NCBI GenBank assembly: GCA_001784155.1
Contig: MFPL01000006.1
Span: 87,280 to 151,279, forward strand
Source: Candidatus Levybacteria bacterium RIFCSPLOWO2_12_FULL_41_12
GTDB lineage: Bacteria; Patescibacteriota; Microgenomatia; Levybacterales; UBA12049
Reading direction: 5' to 3'
DNA: 64,000 nucleotides
Shown: one piece after another, positions 9,039 to 18,872 of the stretch
Position numbering within the stretch: position 1 is the stretch's first letter
How the letters are laid out: every line of letters starts with the position of its first letter
The notes under the pieces: model-generated
The model's input: the letters and a program-made list of their open reading frames with translations, nothing else
The model's database searches: none
Told to the model about the DNA's origin: nothing
Translations under genes and position numbers: made by a program

Positions 9039-10260
9039 TCCTGAGATTTTCTTTTTTTACCTCCTTTTGCTTTTATTGCCCACACAATTAGGCAAACATT
9101 TTTGGCCCACGTTTTCTTATGTCCTGGGAACAAGGGTGGACTATTTATCCCCTACCCTTTATCTGACAGATATCATCATCCTTTTTATAACCCTTTTTTA
9201 TTTGCCAAAAGCAAAAATCTTTCAGAGGATAGAAAAGTACAAAAAGTATATCTTCCTATTTTTTCTCTTTACCTTTTTAAGCATCGCATCCTCAGCATCT
9301 CCCCTATCGGGAATCTACTCACAACTTAAGCTTCTGGAATTTTTAATTCTTTTTCTTTTCATCAGCGATAACTACGAGAGGGTTAAAAACTTTATTGCGC
9401 CTGCCATGGCTATGGGAATTATTTTCGTGTCGGTACTTGCTATTGCGCAGTTTTTAAATGGCGGATCGATTGGCGGAATTTTCTACTTTGCCGGAGAAAG
9501 ATTTTTTTCGTCCAGCTCGCCAAACATTGCAAATGCGTTTATAGCAGGAGAATTGGTTCTCCGCCCTTACGCAACATTTCCCCATCCAAATGTTCTCGCA
9601 GCCTATATCTTAATAGGAACTTTTTTTATTCTTAAAGAGTTATCAACGCGCAGGCCTGTTGGAAGTTTCTTTTATTTTATCTCCTTAGGGATGGGATCTA
9701 TTGCTATCGTGCTGACATTAAGCCGCATGGCTATATTTTTGTATGCTTTGCTTTTGATTTATACCGTCTTAGGAAGAGCAAGAATTAACAAAAAGTTAAA
9801 CTTAAAAATACTCCTTTTCCTCGCTCCCCTGTTCGTATTATCGCGTGAGATTTTTATAAGGTTTCAAAATCTTTTCTTGATCGACCAGTCGGTTGTTGAA
9901 AGACTTGATCTGACGCGCGCATCCATGAAGATGTTTTTTGACCATCCATTCACGGGGGCCGGTCTGGGGAATTTTCTACATACTATCCCCTATTATTACA
10001 AGTCCGATAGTCTCTTTTTTTTACAACCTGTTCATAATATTTTTCTATTTGCTGCAAGCGAAGTAGGGATAGTAGGCTTAGGTCTTTTAACTGCAATTTT
10101 TGTTATTCTTTTTAAGAATGCATCGAGAAATAATTTTATCTTAAGTTTTATAGTCCTTGCGCTTTCTCTATCTGATCACTTTTTTCTTACTCTTCAGCAG
10201 GGACAGATATTATTTATTTTAACAGCGGCTTATATTCTGGCGGACAAATCCCGAAATTAA
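8968..10260 (+). CDS. O-antigen ligase/polymerase-like polytopic membrane protein
   Basis: 430 aa with at least 10 predicted TM helices and the overall Wzy_C-like architecture. The start is uncertain, because the annotated start overlaps the jag 3' end by about 70 nt. Confidence 0.5.
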   Translation: MVRLSRSPWGKGKTEYLLSNLRTNPEIFFFYLLLLLLPTQLGKHFWPTFSYVLGTRVDYLSPTLYLTDIIILFITLFYLPKAKIFQRIEKYKKYIFLFFLFTFLSIASSASPLSGIYSQLKLLEFLILFLFISDNYERVKNFIAPAMAMGIIFVSVLAIAQFLNGGSIGGIFYFAGERFFSSSSPNIANAFIAGELVLRPYATFPHPNVLAAYILIGTFFILKELSTRRPVGSFFYFISLGMGSIAIVLTLSRMAIFLYALLLIYTVLGRARINKKLNLKILLFLAPLFVLSREIFIRFQNLFLIDQSVVERLDLTRASMKMFFDHPFTGAGLGNFLHTIPYYYKSDSLFFLQPVHNIFLFAASEVGIVGLGLLTAIFVILFKNASRNNFILSFIVLALSLSDHFFLTLQQGQILFILTAAYILADKSRN

Positions 10261-10367
10261 TGCTAGAATATAAAAGTAAACTTAGACGTTCTTCGGATTA
10301 CCAATTCGAATAATTTTTTTTGATAGTCCTATAAAAGTAGAATTATACCGGAAATGGATTCACAAAG

Positions 10368-10793
10368 ATGACAAACGACACTAACGAGATAAATGTGTTT
10401 GCCGATGGCGGTGCTAGGGGTAATCCTGGTCCTTCTGCAATTGGCGTTCATATCGAGGATTCCGAGGGAAATCACGTGGCGAGCCTTGGTAAAAAGATAG
10501 GCCACGGAACAAATAATATGGCAGAATATACTGCGGTAGTTGAAGCGTTTGACTTAATTCTTGAAATGGATATCAAGCCATCTAAGGTCAATTTCTACCT
10601 GGATTCAAATCTTGTGGTATCTCAGCTCAACGGAGTTTTTAAAATTAAAAACGCTAATCTAAGGGAACTCCTTTTTAAGATAAAAGAGAAAGAGACTCTT
10701 GTTGGGTGTCCTACTACCTACTCCCACATTCCCAGAGAAAAAAATATAAAGGCAGACGAGTTGGTAAACAAGGCGCTGGACAACCTGCTTTAG
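10368..10793 (+). CDS. rnhA: ribonuclease HI
   Basis: 141 aa. 'FADGGARGNPGPSAIGV' and 'TNNMAEYTAV' match the RNase HI catalytic-core motifs. Confidence 0.75.
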   Translation: MTNDTNEINVFADGGARGNPGPSAIGVHIEDSEGNHVASLGKKIGHGTNNMAEYTAVVEAFDLILEMDIKPSKVNFYLDSNLVVSQLNGVFKIKNANLRELLFKIKEKETLVGCPTTYSHIPREKNIKADELVNKALDNLL

Positions 10794-10814
10794 ATAAGAA
10801 TAAAATAGATCTAA

Positions 10815-13463
10815 ATGTCTATCCCTCCTGTCCAAGAAGATACAGAAAAACCCCCTATTCTTGTTGTAGATAAAGCAGGACTTTTCGGTTCAAAACTTGC
10901 TGAACTTCTTGCTAAAAAGCATCTAGTTGTTTTGGTAACAGGCAGACTAGACAGCGCTGAAAAAGAAAACATTATTACAGTCCCCTTCGTAAAACGGGTT
11001 CCGCGTATCCCCGACAATAAGTACTCTCAGATATTTATTATTGATGATCAGTCTCGGGAAACGCGTAATTCCCTAAACGGATACATAAACAAAAGTCAAT
11101 TTGATAAGGTCGCACTATTTTTTGTAACAGATATCAGAAAGCTCGATGGCCGGATCCTGAGTGAAATTAATGCTTCCCCACAGAGGGTTAAGCTCATCCT
11201 TCTGGGAGATCTGTTTGGCAGAGACAAGATATATGATGACGTCTCAGTCATTAGCAGGTTTCACGAGAGTGCTAAAAAAAAGGGGGGGGTGCTTGTGGAG
11301 GGCACAGGTCTCAACCATTCGCTTCCGGTTTTTGATGAGGACGTATTAGATTTTCTTGTAAAGCAAACGGAAGAGACTGGAAGTTCGAAAAAAATTCTGT
11401 ATTTATTTCCAAATCGCGAGATTACAGACCTTTCGCTAGCAAGGATGATAAAAAAGATATATCCCCCTATCTCAATAGATTTTGTAAAAGGGGGCAACCC
11501 TAGAAAATACTTTATTCCTGAAGGAGGAGACTTTGTAATGGGGGATTATAAAGTTGAGGATAAGATTAGGAAACTTAACCTGGACGAACTGGGAGGAAAA
11601 ATCGAGAAAAAAAAGATTATCAGGCAAGGTGTAAGGCTTTATTCCTATAAAACTTTTTGGATTATCTTCATGATTTTTTTCTTGCTATCTTTGCCTCTTC
11701 TTACAGCACTGTTCTATTCGTTTTTGGGAATCTACTCACTTAATTCGGCAAAGAACTCTTTGGAAAAGGGAAATCTAGTAAGCGCCCATAAAGATGCAAA
11801 AAGAGGATTAACATTTTTTAATGTAGCAGAGAAATCCTCGCGTCTTATGGTATCTGAAGCAAGCATAGTTGGAATAAATGGTCAATCAAGAAGACTAAAT
11901 AATGAAGTAAGGCTAGGCAAAGAAGTTTCGTCTGCAGCAGTGTATTTCATAGAGGCCTCAGAAAAACTAAAAGCAATATACATTGGTAAATCACAAGACC
12001 CAAGAAGAGAATTTATAGAAGCGACCAATCTGTTAAAAAACTCAATATCGGTTTTTAGAAAAATTGAAGCGGATAAAAATCTCAATTCAGAATTCTCACG
12101 GGAAATTAAATCGCTAGAGCCGCTTCTTGAGATGCTTGTCTCAACGTCCGAAGTTCTGCCGGACCTACTGGGTTTTGAAGATGAAAAAACTTATCTACTT
12201 CTTTTTCAAAACAATATGGAGCTTCGCCCGGGCGGCGGGTTCATAGGGTCCTACGGAATACTAAAAATGAAAAAAGGTAGGGTAGAGGATTTTAAGATTA
12301 ACGATGTTTACTCAGCAGATGGGCAGCTAAAGGCTCACGTTGAGCCTCCATATCCAATACGTAGATACTTACCATCAGCAAACTGGTACATGAGAGACAG
12401 TAACTTCGACCCGGATTTTCCTACATCCGCCCGAAGCGCCGCTTACTTATTGAATTTGGAAACGGGAGTTAGGGTAGACGGAGTTATAGCCGTGGATGTT
12501 TCGTTCGTCAAGGAGGTACTTAAGAGTATAGGTACGGTTGAGGTTTCTGATTATAAACAGAAGGTAAGCGCAAATAATTTCTATACACTTACGCAAAAAC
12601 ATGCGGAGGAAAACTTTTTCCCTGGATCTACACAAAAAAAAGATTTTTTAAGTTCACTTTATAAGTCAATTCAGTTGTCCTTAAGTGGCAAAAAAAATAA
12701 AAGCTATTTTTCTCTTTCACAGGCAGTCTCAAAGGCATTAACAGGTAAACATATTCTTTTTGCGCTTAATGATTCGCGAGCACAAGAGGCTTTCTCTATT
12801 GGGGGATGGTCTTCGGCACTAATTGATAATAGAGTAAATGAAAGCGGCGTCTATAATGACTACGTTGCAATTAACGAAGCAAATTTAGGAGTAAATAAGG
12901 CAAACTTTTCAGTCAAAAGAAGGGTTTATCACGACGTACTCATCGATGATGGGGACGCCGTAGCAGCAAGCCTGGAAATAATTTATGATAACGACGGAAA
13001 AAGCGACTACAAGAATTATCTTAGAGCAATTGTTCCGTTTGGTGCGGTTTTAAAAGACATAAAGCTCGACGGGAAAAGACAGGAAATATCCCCGGCAGTA
13101 ACAAACCCAGGCATTTATGAAAAGAGCGGATTTATCCCACCTCAAGGGCTAGAGGTTGAAGATTATGAGCAGTATGATAAGAGGGTATTTGGGTTTTTGG
13201 TAAATGTTCCAAAAGGAAAGAAGAGGATAGTGACAATTACCTACACTTTGCCAAAGGCTCAATTTAAGAACGGGAAGCTTGATTACAGCATGAGCTATTT
13301 TAAACAGCCCGGAACTGAAGAATACCCTTTTACCCTGAATTTAAAATTCCCCTCTGGGGTAGCGATAGTCTCTACTAAAGGAAGAAGGGAAGAGGATAGG
13401 GTAGTCTATTCGGACCGAATATCCTCCGACTTTACCTTTCTCAGCTCTTTTGCTAGGAGGTAG
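10815..13463 (+). CDS. large single-pass membrane protein, DUF4012-like C-terminal domain
   Basis: 882 aa. Cytoplasmic N-domain, a TM helix near aa 280, and an extracytoplasmic domain with 'ELRPGGGFIGSYG'. The DUF4012 assignment is from memory. Confidence 0.5.
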   Translation: MSIPPVQEDTEKPPILVVDKAGLFGSKLAELLAKKHLVVLVTGRLDSAEKENIITVPFVKRVPRIPDNKYSQIFIIDDQSRETRNSLNGYINKSQFDKVALFFVTDIRKLDGRILSEINASPQRVKLILLGDLFGRDKIYDDVSVISRFHESAKKKGGVLVEGTGLNHSLPVFDEDVLDFLVKQTEETGSSKKILYLFPNREITDLSLARMIKKIYPPISIDFVKGGNPRKYFIPEGGDFVMGDYKVEDKIRKLNLDELGGKIEKKKIIRQGVRLYSYKTFWIIFMIFFLLSLPLLTALFYSFLGIYSLNSAKNSLEKGNLVSAHKDAKRGLTFFNVAEKSSRLMVSEASIVGINGQSRRLNNEVRLGKEVSSAAVYFIEASEKLKAIYIGKSQDPRREFIEATNLLKNSISVFRKIEADKNLNSEFSREIKSLEPLLEMLVSTSEVLPDLLGFEDEKTYLLLFQNNMELRPGGGFIGSYGILKMKKGRVEDFKINDVYSADGQLKAHVEPPYPIRRYLPSANWYMRDSNFDPDFPTSARSAAYLLNLETGVRVDGVIAVDVSFVKEVLKSIGTVEVSDYKQKVSANNFYTLTQKHAEENFFPGSTQKKDFLSSLYKSIQLSLSGKKNKSYFSLSQAVSKALTGKHILFALNDSRAQEAFSIGGWSSALIDNRVNESGVYNDYVAINEANLGVNKANFSVKRRVYHDVLIDDGDAVAASLEIIYDNDGKSDYKNYLRAIVPFGAVLKDIKLDGKRQEISPAVTNPGIYEKSGFIPPQGLEVEDYEQYDKRVFGFLVNVPKGKKRIVTITYTLPKAQFKNGKLDYSMSYFKQPGTEEYPFTLNLKFPSGVAIVSTKGRREEDRVVYSDRISSDFTFLSSFARR

Positions 13464-13524
13464 CTCTCCCTTGCCCCTCGTAGTTTTAAACGAAGTGGGG
13501 TGCTATAAATGCCTCAATAAAAAG

Positions 13525-13914
13525 TTAGGATTTTGCAACTGCGATTACTTCTATCTCAACATCAACTCCATTTATTGGCGATGCGGCTTGGACCGAAACT
13601 TTCGTAGGTTCTTGTCCTTCAGAAAAATACTGTTTGTAAATTTCATTAATTTCTTTCCTATCTTTAACATTCCTAAAATAAATAACTACCCGAACTGTGT
13701 CGTCCATTTCGCACACGCATTGAGACAGTAAGTATTTTATATTTTCCATTGTTCTTTTTGTTTGCTCTTTAATATTCCCTGGAATTATTTCTCCTGTTTT
13801 AAGATCTGAAGATAGTTGGCTGCTTAGAAGTATGAAATTTCCTGCTTTAACAATATGGTTAAAACCGGTCGTTGGTTTTTTGACACCTTTTGGAATGACA
13901 ACCTGCTTTTTCAT
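13525..13914 (-). CDS. ridA: RidA/YjgF-family reactive-intermediate deaminase
   Basis: 129 aa with the typical RidA length and pattern (…NFILLSSQL…PINGVDVEIEVIA). Preferred over the overlapping plus-strand ORF 13450..13731. Confidence 0.75.
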   Translation of the reverse strand: MKKQVVIPKGVKKPTTGFNHIVKAGNFILLSSQLSSDLKTGEIIPGNIKEQTKRTMENIKYLLSQCVCEMDDTVRVVIYFRNVKDRKEINEIYKQYFSEGQEPTKVSVQAASPINGVDVEIEVIAVAKS

Positions 13915-13968
13915 TATCTTGTGGCATCATTGTACCAAAAACCAAATAAGCTCTGCTATAATTGCCTC

Positions 13969-14331
13969 ATGCCGAAGTATAAATATACAGTCGAGGAAGC
14001 CAATAAATTTAACAAACACGGAATAGATCTTACCGTTTACCCGACCGATATTGAATCAGCAAACGTAGTTCATGTTTCTGTCGAAAAAGGACACTTTCAA
14101 GAGTTTTACGATAAAGAAAGCTGGTATATTTACTACATTTATGAAGGCAGTGGAGAGTTTGTATTAAACGATGAGAAAATAAAAGTTGAGGCAACAGATC
14201 TTTTAGCAATTCCCCCAAAAACAAGGATTCATTATTTTGGGAAAATGAAAATGGTCTTAACAGTTTCGCCTGCATTTAAACCAGAAAACGAAGTGCACGT
14301 AAAATTTATTGAGGAGCCAAAGAATGGATAA
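13969..14331 (+). CDS. cupin-domain protein
   Basis: Start taken at the internal ATG (MPKYKY). A two-β-sheet cupin-like pattern is visible ('WYIYYIYEGSGEFVLNDEK…AIPPKTRIHYFG'). Confidence 0.5.
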   Translation: MPKYKYTVEEANKFNKHGIDLTVYPTDIESANVVHVSVEKGHFQEFYDKESWYIYYIYEGSGEFVLNDEKIKVEATDLLAIPPKTRIHYFGKMKMVLTVSPAFKPENEVHVKFIEEPKNG

Positions 14332-16513
14332 GGTCTATAAGCATAAAGATGTTGAAGAGAAAATTTATAAGTCTTGGGAAGAAAAAGGTTTTTTCCGCCC
14401 CGAAGTAAATCCTAAGGGAAAACCTTTTTCAATAATCTTACCTCCTCCTAATGCTAATGCGCCGCTTCACTTCGGACATGCAATGTATGTTATTGAGGAT
14501 ATTTTAATCCGCTACCACAGAATGAAGGGTGACAAAACTCTTTGGCTTCCCGGAGCAGACCACGCAGGATTTGAAACACAATTTGTTTTTGAAAAAAAGC
14601 TCCAAGGTGAGGGAAAGTCTCGTTTTGATTTTGATCGAGAGACGTTATACAAGATGATCTGGGATTTTGTCTCTGAGAACAGGCCTGTTATGGAAGGACA
14701 GCTGAGACGTCTTGGCTTTTCTTTGGACTGGGGAAGAAAAAAGTTTACTTTGGACCCTGACATCGTTAAAATAGTTTATAGGACTTTTAAAAAACTTTAT
14801 GACGACGGACTGGTTTATCGCGCAGAGCGTCTTGTTAACTATTGCACCTATGACGGGACGAGCTTTTCTGATTTAGAAGTCCTTTATGAAGAGAGAAAAG
14901 ACCCCCTTTACTACATCAAATATGGTCCTCTTGTTTTAGCTACCACAAGACCTGAGACCAAGTTTGGCGACACTGCAGTTGCCGTTCACCCCGATGACAA
15001 ACGTTATCAAAAATACATTGACAAAGAAATTGAAATAGAAACTGTTTTGGGGAAAGCCAAAATAAAAGTTATAGCAGATGACTTTGTTGATATGGAATTT
15101 GGAACAGGAGTTGTAAAAATAACTCCCGCACATGACTTTGACGATAATGAAGTAGCCAGTCGCCACAATTTGCCGTTAAAACAGGTTATAGGGTTTGATG
15201 GGAAAATGAACGAAAAAGCAGGGAAGTTTGAAGGGCTTTATGTTAAGCAAGCAAGGAAAGCAGTAGTTGAGGAAATGCAAAATAAAGGTTTGCTTGAGAA
15301 AGTTGACGAGAACTACACTCATAGAATCGGACTTTGCTATAAATGTAAAAATCCTATTGAGCCACTTCCTTTGGAACAGTGGTTTGTCAAAACAGGAGAG
15401 CTTGCAAAGCCGGCAATTTCTGCCGTTAAAAAAGGCCTGCCTGCCGGCAGGCAGGGAAAAATAAAAATCTACCCCAAAAACTTTGAGAAAATATATTTTG
15501 ACTTTCTGGAGAACATTAGAGACTGGAACATCTCCCGTCAGATTGTATGGGGAATAAGAGTACCGGCATATAAATGCAGAAATCCGAAATCCGAAATCCG
15601 AAATCCGAAATCAAAGAACGAATGGTTTATTTCCGAAATCAAACCCGAGAAGTGTGAAGTTTGCGGAGAGTGTGATTTTGAGCAGGATCCCGATACCTTT
15701 GATACTTGGTTTTCTTCCGGACAGTGGCCTTTCGCAACGCTTCAAACAAACAAGGAAGGGGATTTTAAAACTTTCTATCCCACATCTGTTATGGAAACGG
15801 GTTATGACATTTTGCGCTGGTGGGTGGCGCGAATGGTCATGCTTGGAATTTATGAAACAGGAAAGATCCCATTCGTAAATATTTTACTTCACGGTCTTGT
15901 TAACGATCCGCTGGGAAAGAAAATGAGTAAGTCAAAAGGAAATGCGGTAAATCCGCTTGAGCTTGTTGATCAGTACGGGGCGGATGCAGTAAGGTTTGCG
16001 CTTGTATACGGGACAGCTACGGGGAATGATCAAAGTCTTTCGTATCCCAAGCTTCAGTCAATGCGCAATTTCACGAATAAGCTTTGGAATATTGGAAGAT
16101 TTCTGCAGCTTCAGCTAGACTCCGGTCTTTTTAAAGACATAAAACCTGCAGAAGGAAAAAGGGAACCAGAAAAATATAAAGAAATGGTAGAGTCTGTGGA
16201 CAATCTTTCTAAAAAGGTATCTGAGTCCCTAGATCAGTACAGATTTCATGACGCAGCAAATGAACTTTACGAATTTATATGGCACGTATTCGCAGACAAA
16301 TACATAGAAGAGCTAAAAGAACCCCTCAAAGACGGAGAAATAGAAGCACTTGCTGCATTTATTTATGTTTGGGAAACGTCTCTTAAGCTTCTCCATCCTT
16401 TTATGCCTTTTATAACAGAAGAGCTTTGGAGGAAAATACCTGAAGCCGAAGGGGATTTAATTGTTTCCAAATGGCCCTCTTTCGCTAAAGCTTCAGAGGG
16501 CAAGCCCCTATGA
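14309..16513 (+). CDS. valS: valyl-tRNA synthetase (short form)
   Basis: 734 aa. ValRS-specific 'PPPNANAPLHFGHA' (HIGH motif) and 'KMSKSKGN'. Zn knuckles CYKCKN…CEVCGEC. Lacks the long C-terminal coiled coil. Confidence 0.85.
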   Translation: MRSQRMDKVYKHKDVEEKIYKSWEEKGFFRPEVNPKGKPFSIILPPPNANAPLHFGHAMYVIEDILIRYHRMKGDKTLWLPGADHAGFETQFVFEKKLQGEGKSRFDFDRETLYKMIWDFVSENRPVMEGQLRRLGFSLDWGRKKFTLDPDIVKIVYRTFKKLYDDGLVYRAERLVNYCTYDGTSFSDLEVLYEERKDPLYYIKYGPLVLATTRPETKFGDTAVAVHPDDKRYQKYIDKEIEIETVLGKAKIKVIADDFVDMEFGTGVVKITPAHDFDDNEVASRHNLPLKQVIGFDGKMNEKAGKFEGLYVKQARKAVVEEMQNKGLLEKVDENYTHRIGLCYKCKNPIEPLPLEQWFVKTGELAKPAISAVKKGLPAGRQGKIKIYPKNFEKIYFDFLENIRDWNISRQIVWGIRVPAYKCRNPKSEIRNPKSKNEWFISEIKPEKCEVCGECDFEQDPDTFDTWFSSGQWPFATLQTNKEGDFKTFYPTSVMETGYDILRWWVARMVMLGIYETGKIPFVNILLHGLVNDPLGKKMSKSKGNAVNPLELVDQYGADAVRFALVYGTATGNDQSLSYPKLQSMRNFTNKLWNIGRFLQLQLDSGLFKDIKPAEGKREPEKYKEMVESVDNLSKKVSESLDQYRFHDAANELYEFIWHVFADKYIEELKEPLKDGEIEALAAFIYVWETSLKLLHPFMPFITEELWRKIPEAEGDLIVSKWPSFAKASEGKPL
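15579..15612 (+). repeat. tandem heptanucleotide repeat (GAAATCC)x4.9 inside valS
   Basis: Seen directly in the sequence. Encodes 'RNPKSEIRNPKSKNE' in the valS frame. Confidence 0.9.
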
Positions 16514-16881
16514 GCAAAAATAACAAACGAATAGAATTCCCGAGCATTTACCGCGCAATTACCGATAAAAATAACGCTCCATTTATTGTATTGTCAATTT
16601 TACTAGTTATTGCTGTTTTTATGGTAGGAATAGATTTAGATAAAAACGTGTCAGAAAGAGATTCAAAAAAAAAGCTGTACGAAGAAAAGTCTAAAGAGAT
16701 TAAATTTTGGGAAGAAGGAGTAGTTAGGTATACGGGCTTTAGAGACGGATATTTTAAACTTGCACTTCTTGAGTTTCAACGCGGTAACTTTAATAAATCA
16801 AGAGAGTATTTGGAAAAAGCTCTGTCTATTGACCCTTCTTTTGAAGAAGGAAAAAGTCTCGAAAAAATCCTAGAGGATTAG
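16510..16881 (+). CDS. small membrane protein with TPR-like C-terminus
   Basis: 123 aa with one TM helix. 'ALLEFQRGNFNKSREYLEKALSIDP' is TPR-like. Confidence 0.4.
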   Translation: MSKNNKRIEFPSIYRAITDKNNAPFIVLSILLVIAVFMVGIDLDKNVSERDSKKKLYEEKSKEIKFWEEGVVRYTGFRDGYFKLALLEFQRGNFNKSREYLEKALSIDPSFEEGKSLEKILED

Positions 16882-17621
16882 CCTTCCTGCTTTTCTTCTG
16901 GAGCCTTTTCCTCAGTAACAGGTTCTGCCGATCCCTTTTGTTCGCCTTCAGATGGTGTCTCTTCGCCTTCCTTAGGTTCTACAGCTTCGCCTTCTACTGT
17001 TTCTGCAGATTCAGCTGCCGCTGCCTCGGCTGCCGCTGCCTCTTCGGCTGCCTGTTCCTGAGCCTCCTTGGAAATAAGCTCTCCTATTTTTGCTACAACT
17101 TGGGCTGCGTCACTGAGAATCTCGACGCCCTCAGGTCTTTTAAGATCGCCGACCGTTATCTGCTCGTCAATGTTAGCTAGATGCGCAACATCTACAGATA
17201 TATTTTCCGGAAGGTCCGTTGGAAACGCTTCCACTTCCACTTCGGATACGATATACATAAGGAGACCTATTTTATCTACAACGGCTTTGGACTCTCCGGT
17301 AAATTCAAGCGGAACCATTGTTTTAACTTTTTCCTTAAGATTCACCTTAAAAAGATCAGCGTGTAAAACATTCTCTTTATAGTTGGTGTGAACGTTGTGG
17401 ATCAAAACGGGGATTGTATCTTTTCCGAGCTTTACGTCAACCAGTCCTGTTTCTCCGGCTTCGACGTAAACCTGCATGAAATCCTTAAGCGTTACCTGAA
17501 CTGCCTGGGATTTTATATCCTTGCCGTAAATGTTGGCGGGGATTACGCCTTCGCGTCTTAATTTTTTTACTGCTTTACCAAGCTCTGTTCTTTTTTCAAC
17601 TTTTAGGGAATACCTTTTCAT
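16878..17621 (-). CDS. rplY: 50S ribosomal protein L25 / general stress protein Ctc, with acidic C-terminal tail
   Basis: 247 aa. N-terminus 'MKRYSLKVEKRTELGKAVKKLRREGVIPANIYGKD' matches L25. The C-terminus is an E/A-rich low-complexity tail. Confidence 0.8.
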   Translation of the reverse strand: MKRYSLKVEKRTELGKAVKKLRREGVIPANIYGKDIKSQAVQVTLKDFMQVYVEAGETGLVDVKLGKDTIPVLIHNVHTNYKENVLHADLFKVNLKEKVKTMVPLEFTGESKAVVDKIGLLMYIVSEVEVEAFPTDLPENISVDVAHLANIDEQITVGDLKRPEGVEILSDAAQVVAKIGELISKEAQEQAAEEAAAAEAAAAESAETVEGEAVEPKEGEETPSEGEQKGSAEPVTEEKAPEEKQEG

Positions 17622-17679
17622 TAAGAGACAATTTTACCTGAAAATGCCACGTTTTACAACTTTACGCACGGGAAGATGC

Positions 17680-17685
17680 TATAAT
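17680..17685 (+). promoter_or_regulatory. -10 box TATAAT upstream of ruvC
   Basis: Reads 'gatgcTATAATgag', 16 nt before the ruvC ATG. Confidence 0.4.
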
Positions 17686-17701
17686 GAGTTATTAAATCTA
17701 A

Positions 17702-18187
17702 ATGATTGTTCTGGGACTAGATCCGGGAATTGCCCGTCTCGGCTGGGCAATACTAAGTGTAGATAAAGGGAAAGTAAAGGCAATAAGCTTTGACTGCTTC
17801 GAGACGAAAAAAGAATTAAACCTGCCTGAAAGAATTTTTCTGGTTCACGAGAAAGTTTCAGGATTAATTAAAAAATACAAACCAGACTGTCTGTCAATTG
17901 AAGAGATATTTTTTAGTTCAAATGCAAAAACTGCATTTAGCGTAGGGCAATCAAGAGGCGTATGTATTCTTGCGGCAGAGCAAATGGGAGTGCCGACATA
18001 TTCATACACTCCGCTTCAAGTTAAAGTGGCAGTGACGGGGTACGGCAAGGCAGATAAATATCAGGTGGGGCAAATGGTAAAAACTATACTGGGTTTAAAA
18101 ATTGTCCCAAAGCTTGACGATACCTCTGATGCTTTGGCAGTTGCAATTACTCACGCCTTTTCGTATAAAATGAAGGGCAAAATATGA
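17702..18187 (+). CDS. ruvC: Holliday junction resolvase RuvC
   Basis: 161 aa. The N-terminus 'MIVLGLDPGIARLGWAIL' is diagnostic. Confidence 0.85.
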   Translation: MIVLGLDPGIARLGWAILSVDKGKVKAISFDCFETKKELNLPERIFLVHEKVSGLIKKYKPDCLSIEEIFFSSNAKTAFSVGQSRGVCILAAEQMGVPTYSYTPLQVKVAVTGYGKADKYQVGQMVKTILGLKIVPKLDDTSDALAVAITHAFSYKMKGKI

Positions 18188-18229
18188 TGCATTCGACAAG
18201 CTCAGCATCATATTGAGTAAAATCGAAAT

Positions 18230-18799
18230 ATGATCGGTTCATTACGAGGAAAAGTCCAATTTATCCAGGGACAAGAAATAATAATTGACGTCGGAGGAGT
18301 AGGTTACAGGGTAAGTCTTCCTAGATCTGTAGGTACTGTTTCAGGAGGAGACAGTATTTCTCTTTTTATTTACACACACGTTAGGGAGGACGAACTTTCT
18401 CTTTTTGGATTTAAAGAAATTCATGATCTAAGGCTTTTCGAGAACCTTCTAAAAGTTTCGGGAATTGGACCCAAAACCGCCCTTGGAGTTTTTTCTGCGG
18501 GAACACGGGACGAAATTATAAAAGCCACAATTGCGGGAGACGTAGAGTTCTTTGAAAAAGTTCCGCGCTTAGGACGTAAAAATGCTCAGAAAATAATAAT
18601 TGAGCTAAAAAGTAAGTTCGGAGACCTCTCAGACATCGACTTATCAGACAAAGACAAAGAAGAAAATAACGAAGTGATACTTGCCCTTCGTACGTTTGGG
18701 TTTTCAACAAATGAGGCCAGGGATGCGATAAAGAACCTTAAAGATGCTAAGACACTGGACGAGAAAATTAAACAGTCTTTAAGATACCTGGGAAAATAG
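18230..18799 (+). CDS. ruvA: Holliday junction branch-migration protein RuvA
   Basis: 189 aa with a RuvA N-terminus (MIGSLRGKV…). HhH motifs 'VSGIGPKTA'. Confidence 0.85.
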   Translation: MIGSLRGKVQFIQGQEIIIDVGGVGYRVSLPRSVGTVSGGDSISLFIYTHVREDELSLFGFKEIHDLRLFENLLKVSGIGPKTALGVFSAGTRDEIIKATIAGDVEFFEKVPRLGRKNAQKIIIELKSKFGDLSDIDLSDKDKEENNEVILALRTFGFSTNEARDAIKNLKDAKTLDEKIKQSLRYLGK

Positions 18800-18872
18800 A
18801 ACAATTTACAATAATGACTCATTGAAACATTGAAAATTCAATGGAAATTGAGAATTGCGAATTGAAAATTAA

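Noticed and set aside
13450-13731. 93-aa plus-strand ORF overlapping the RidA gene
   Set aside because: The RidA reading frame on the minus strand has a clear family signature. The plus-strand ORF is Cys/Phe-rich junk.
15579-15612. Heptamer repeats (valS, FemAB, intergenic) as a CRISPR array
   Set aside because: The units are 7 nt with no spacers, no regularly spaced 25-40-nt direct repeats, and no cas genes. No CRISPR array is present in the window.
14309-16513. Alternative identity of the 734-aa synthetase as IleRS or LeuRS
   Set aside because: The 'PPPN' element preceding the HIGH motif is ValRS-specific (IleRS has P-YANG, LeuRS has PYPSG). The short length is explained by loss of the C-terminal coiled coil.
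16938-17382. Three overlapping plus-strand ORFs (80, 104 and 61 aa)
   Set aside because: They are antisense to rplY. They arise from the repetitive GCTGCC/GCCTC codons that encode the E/A-rich tail of L25.
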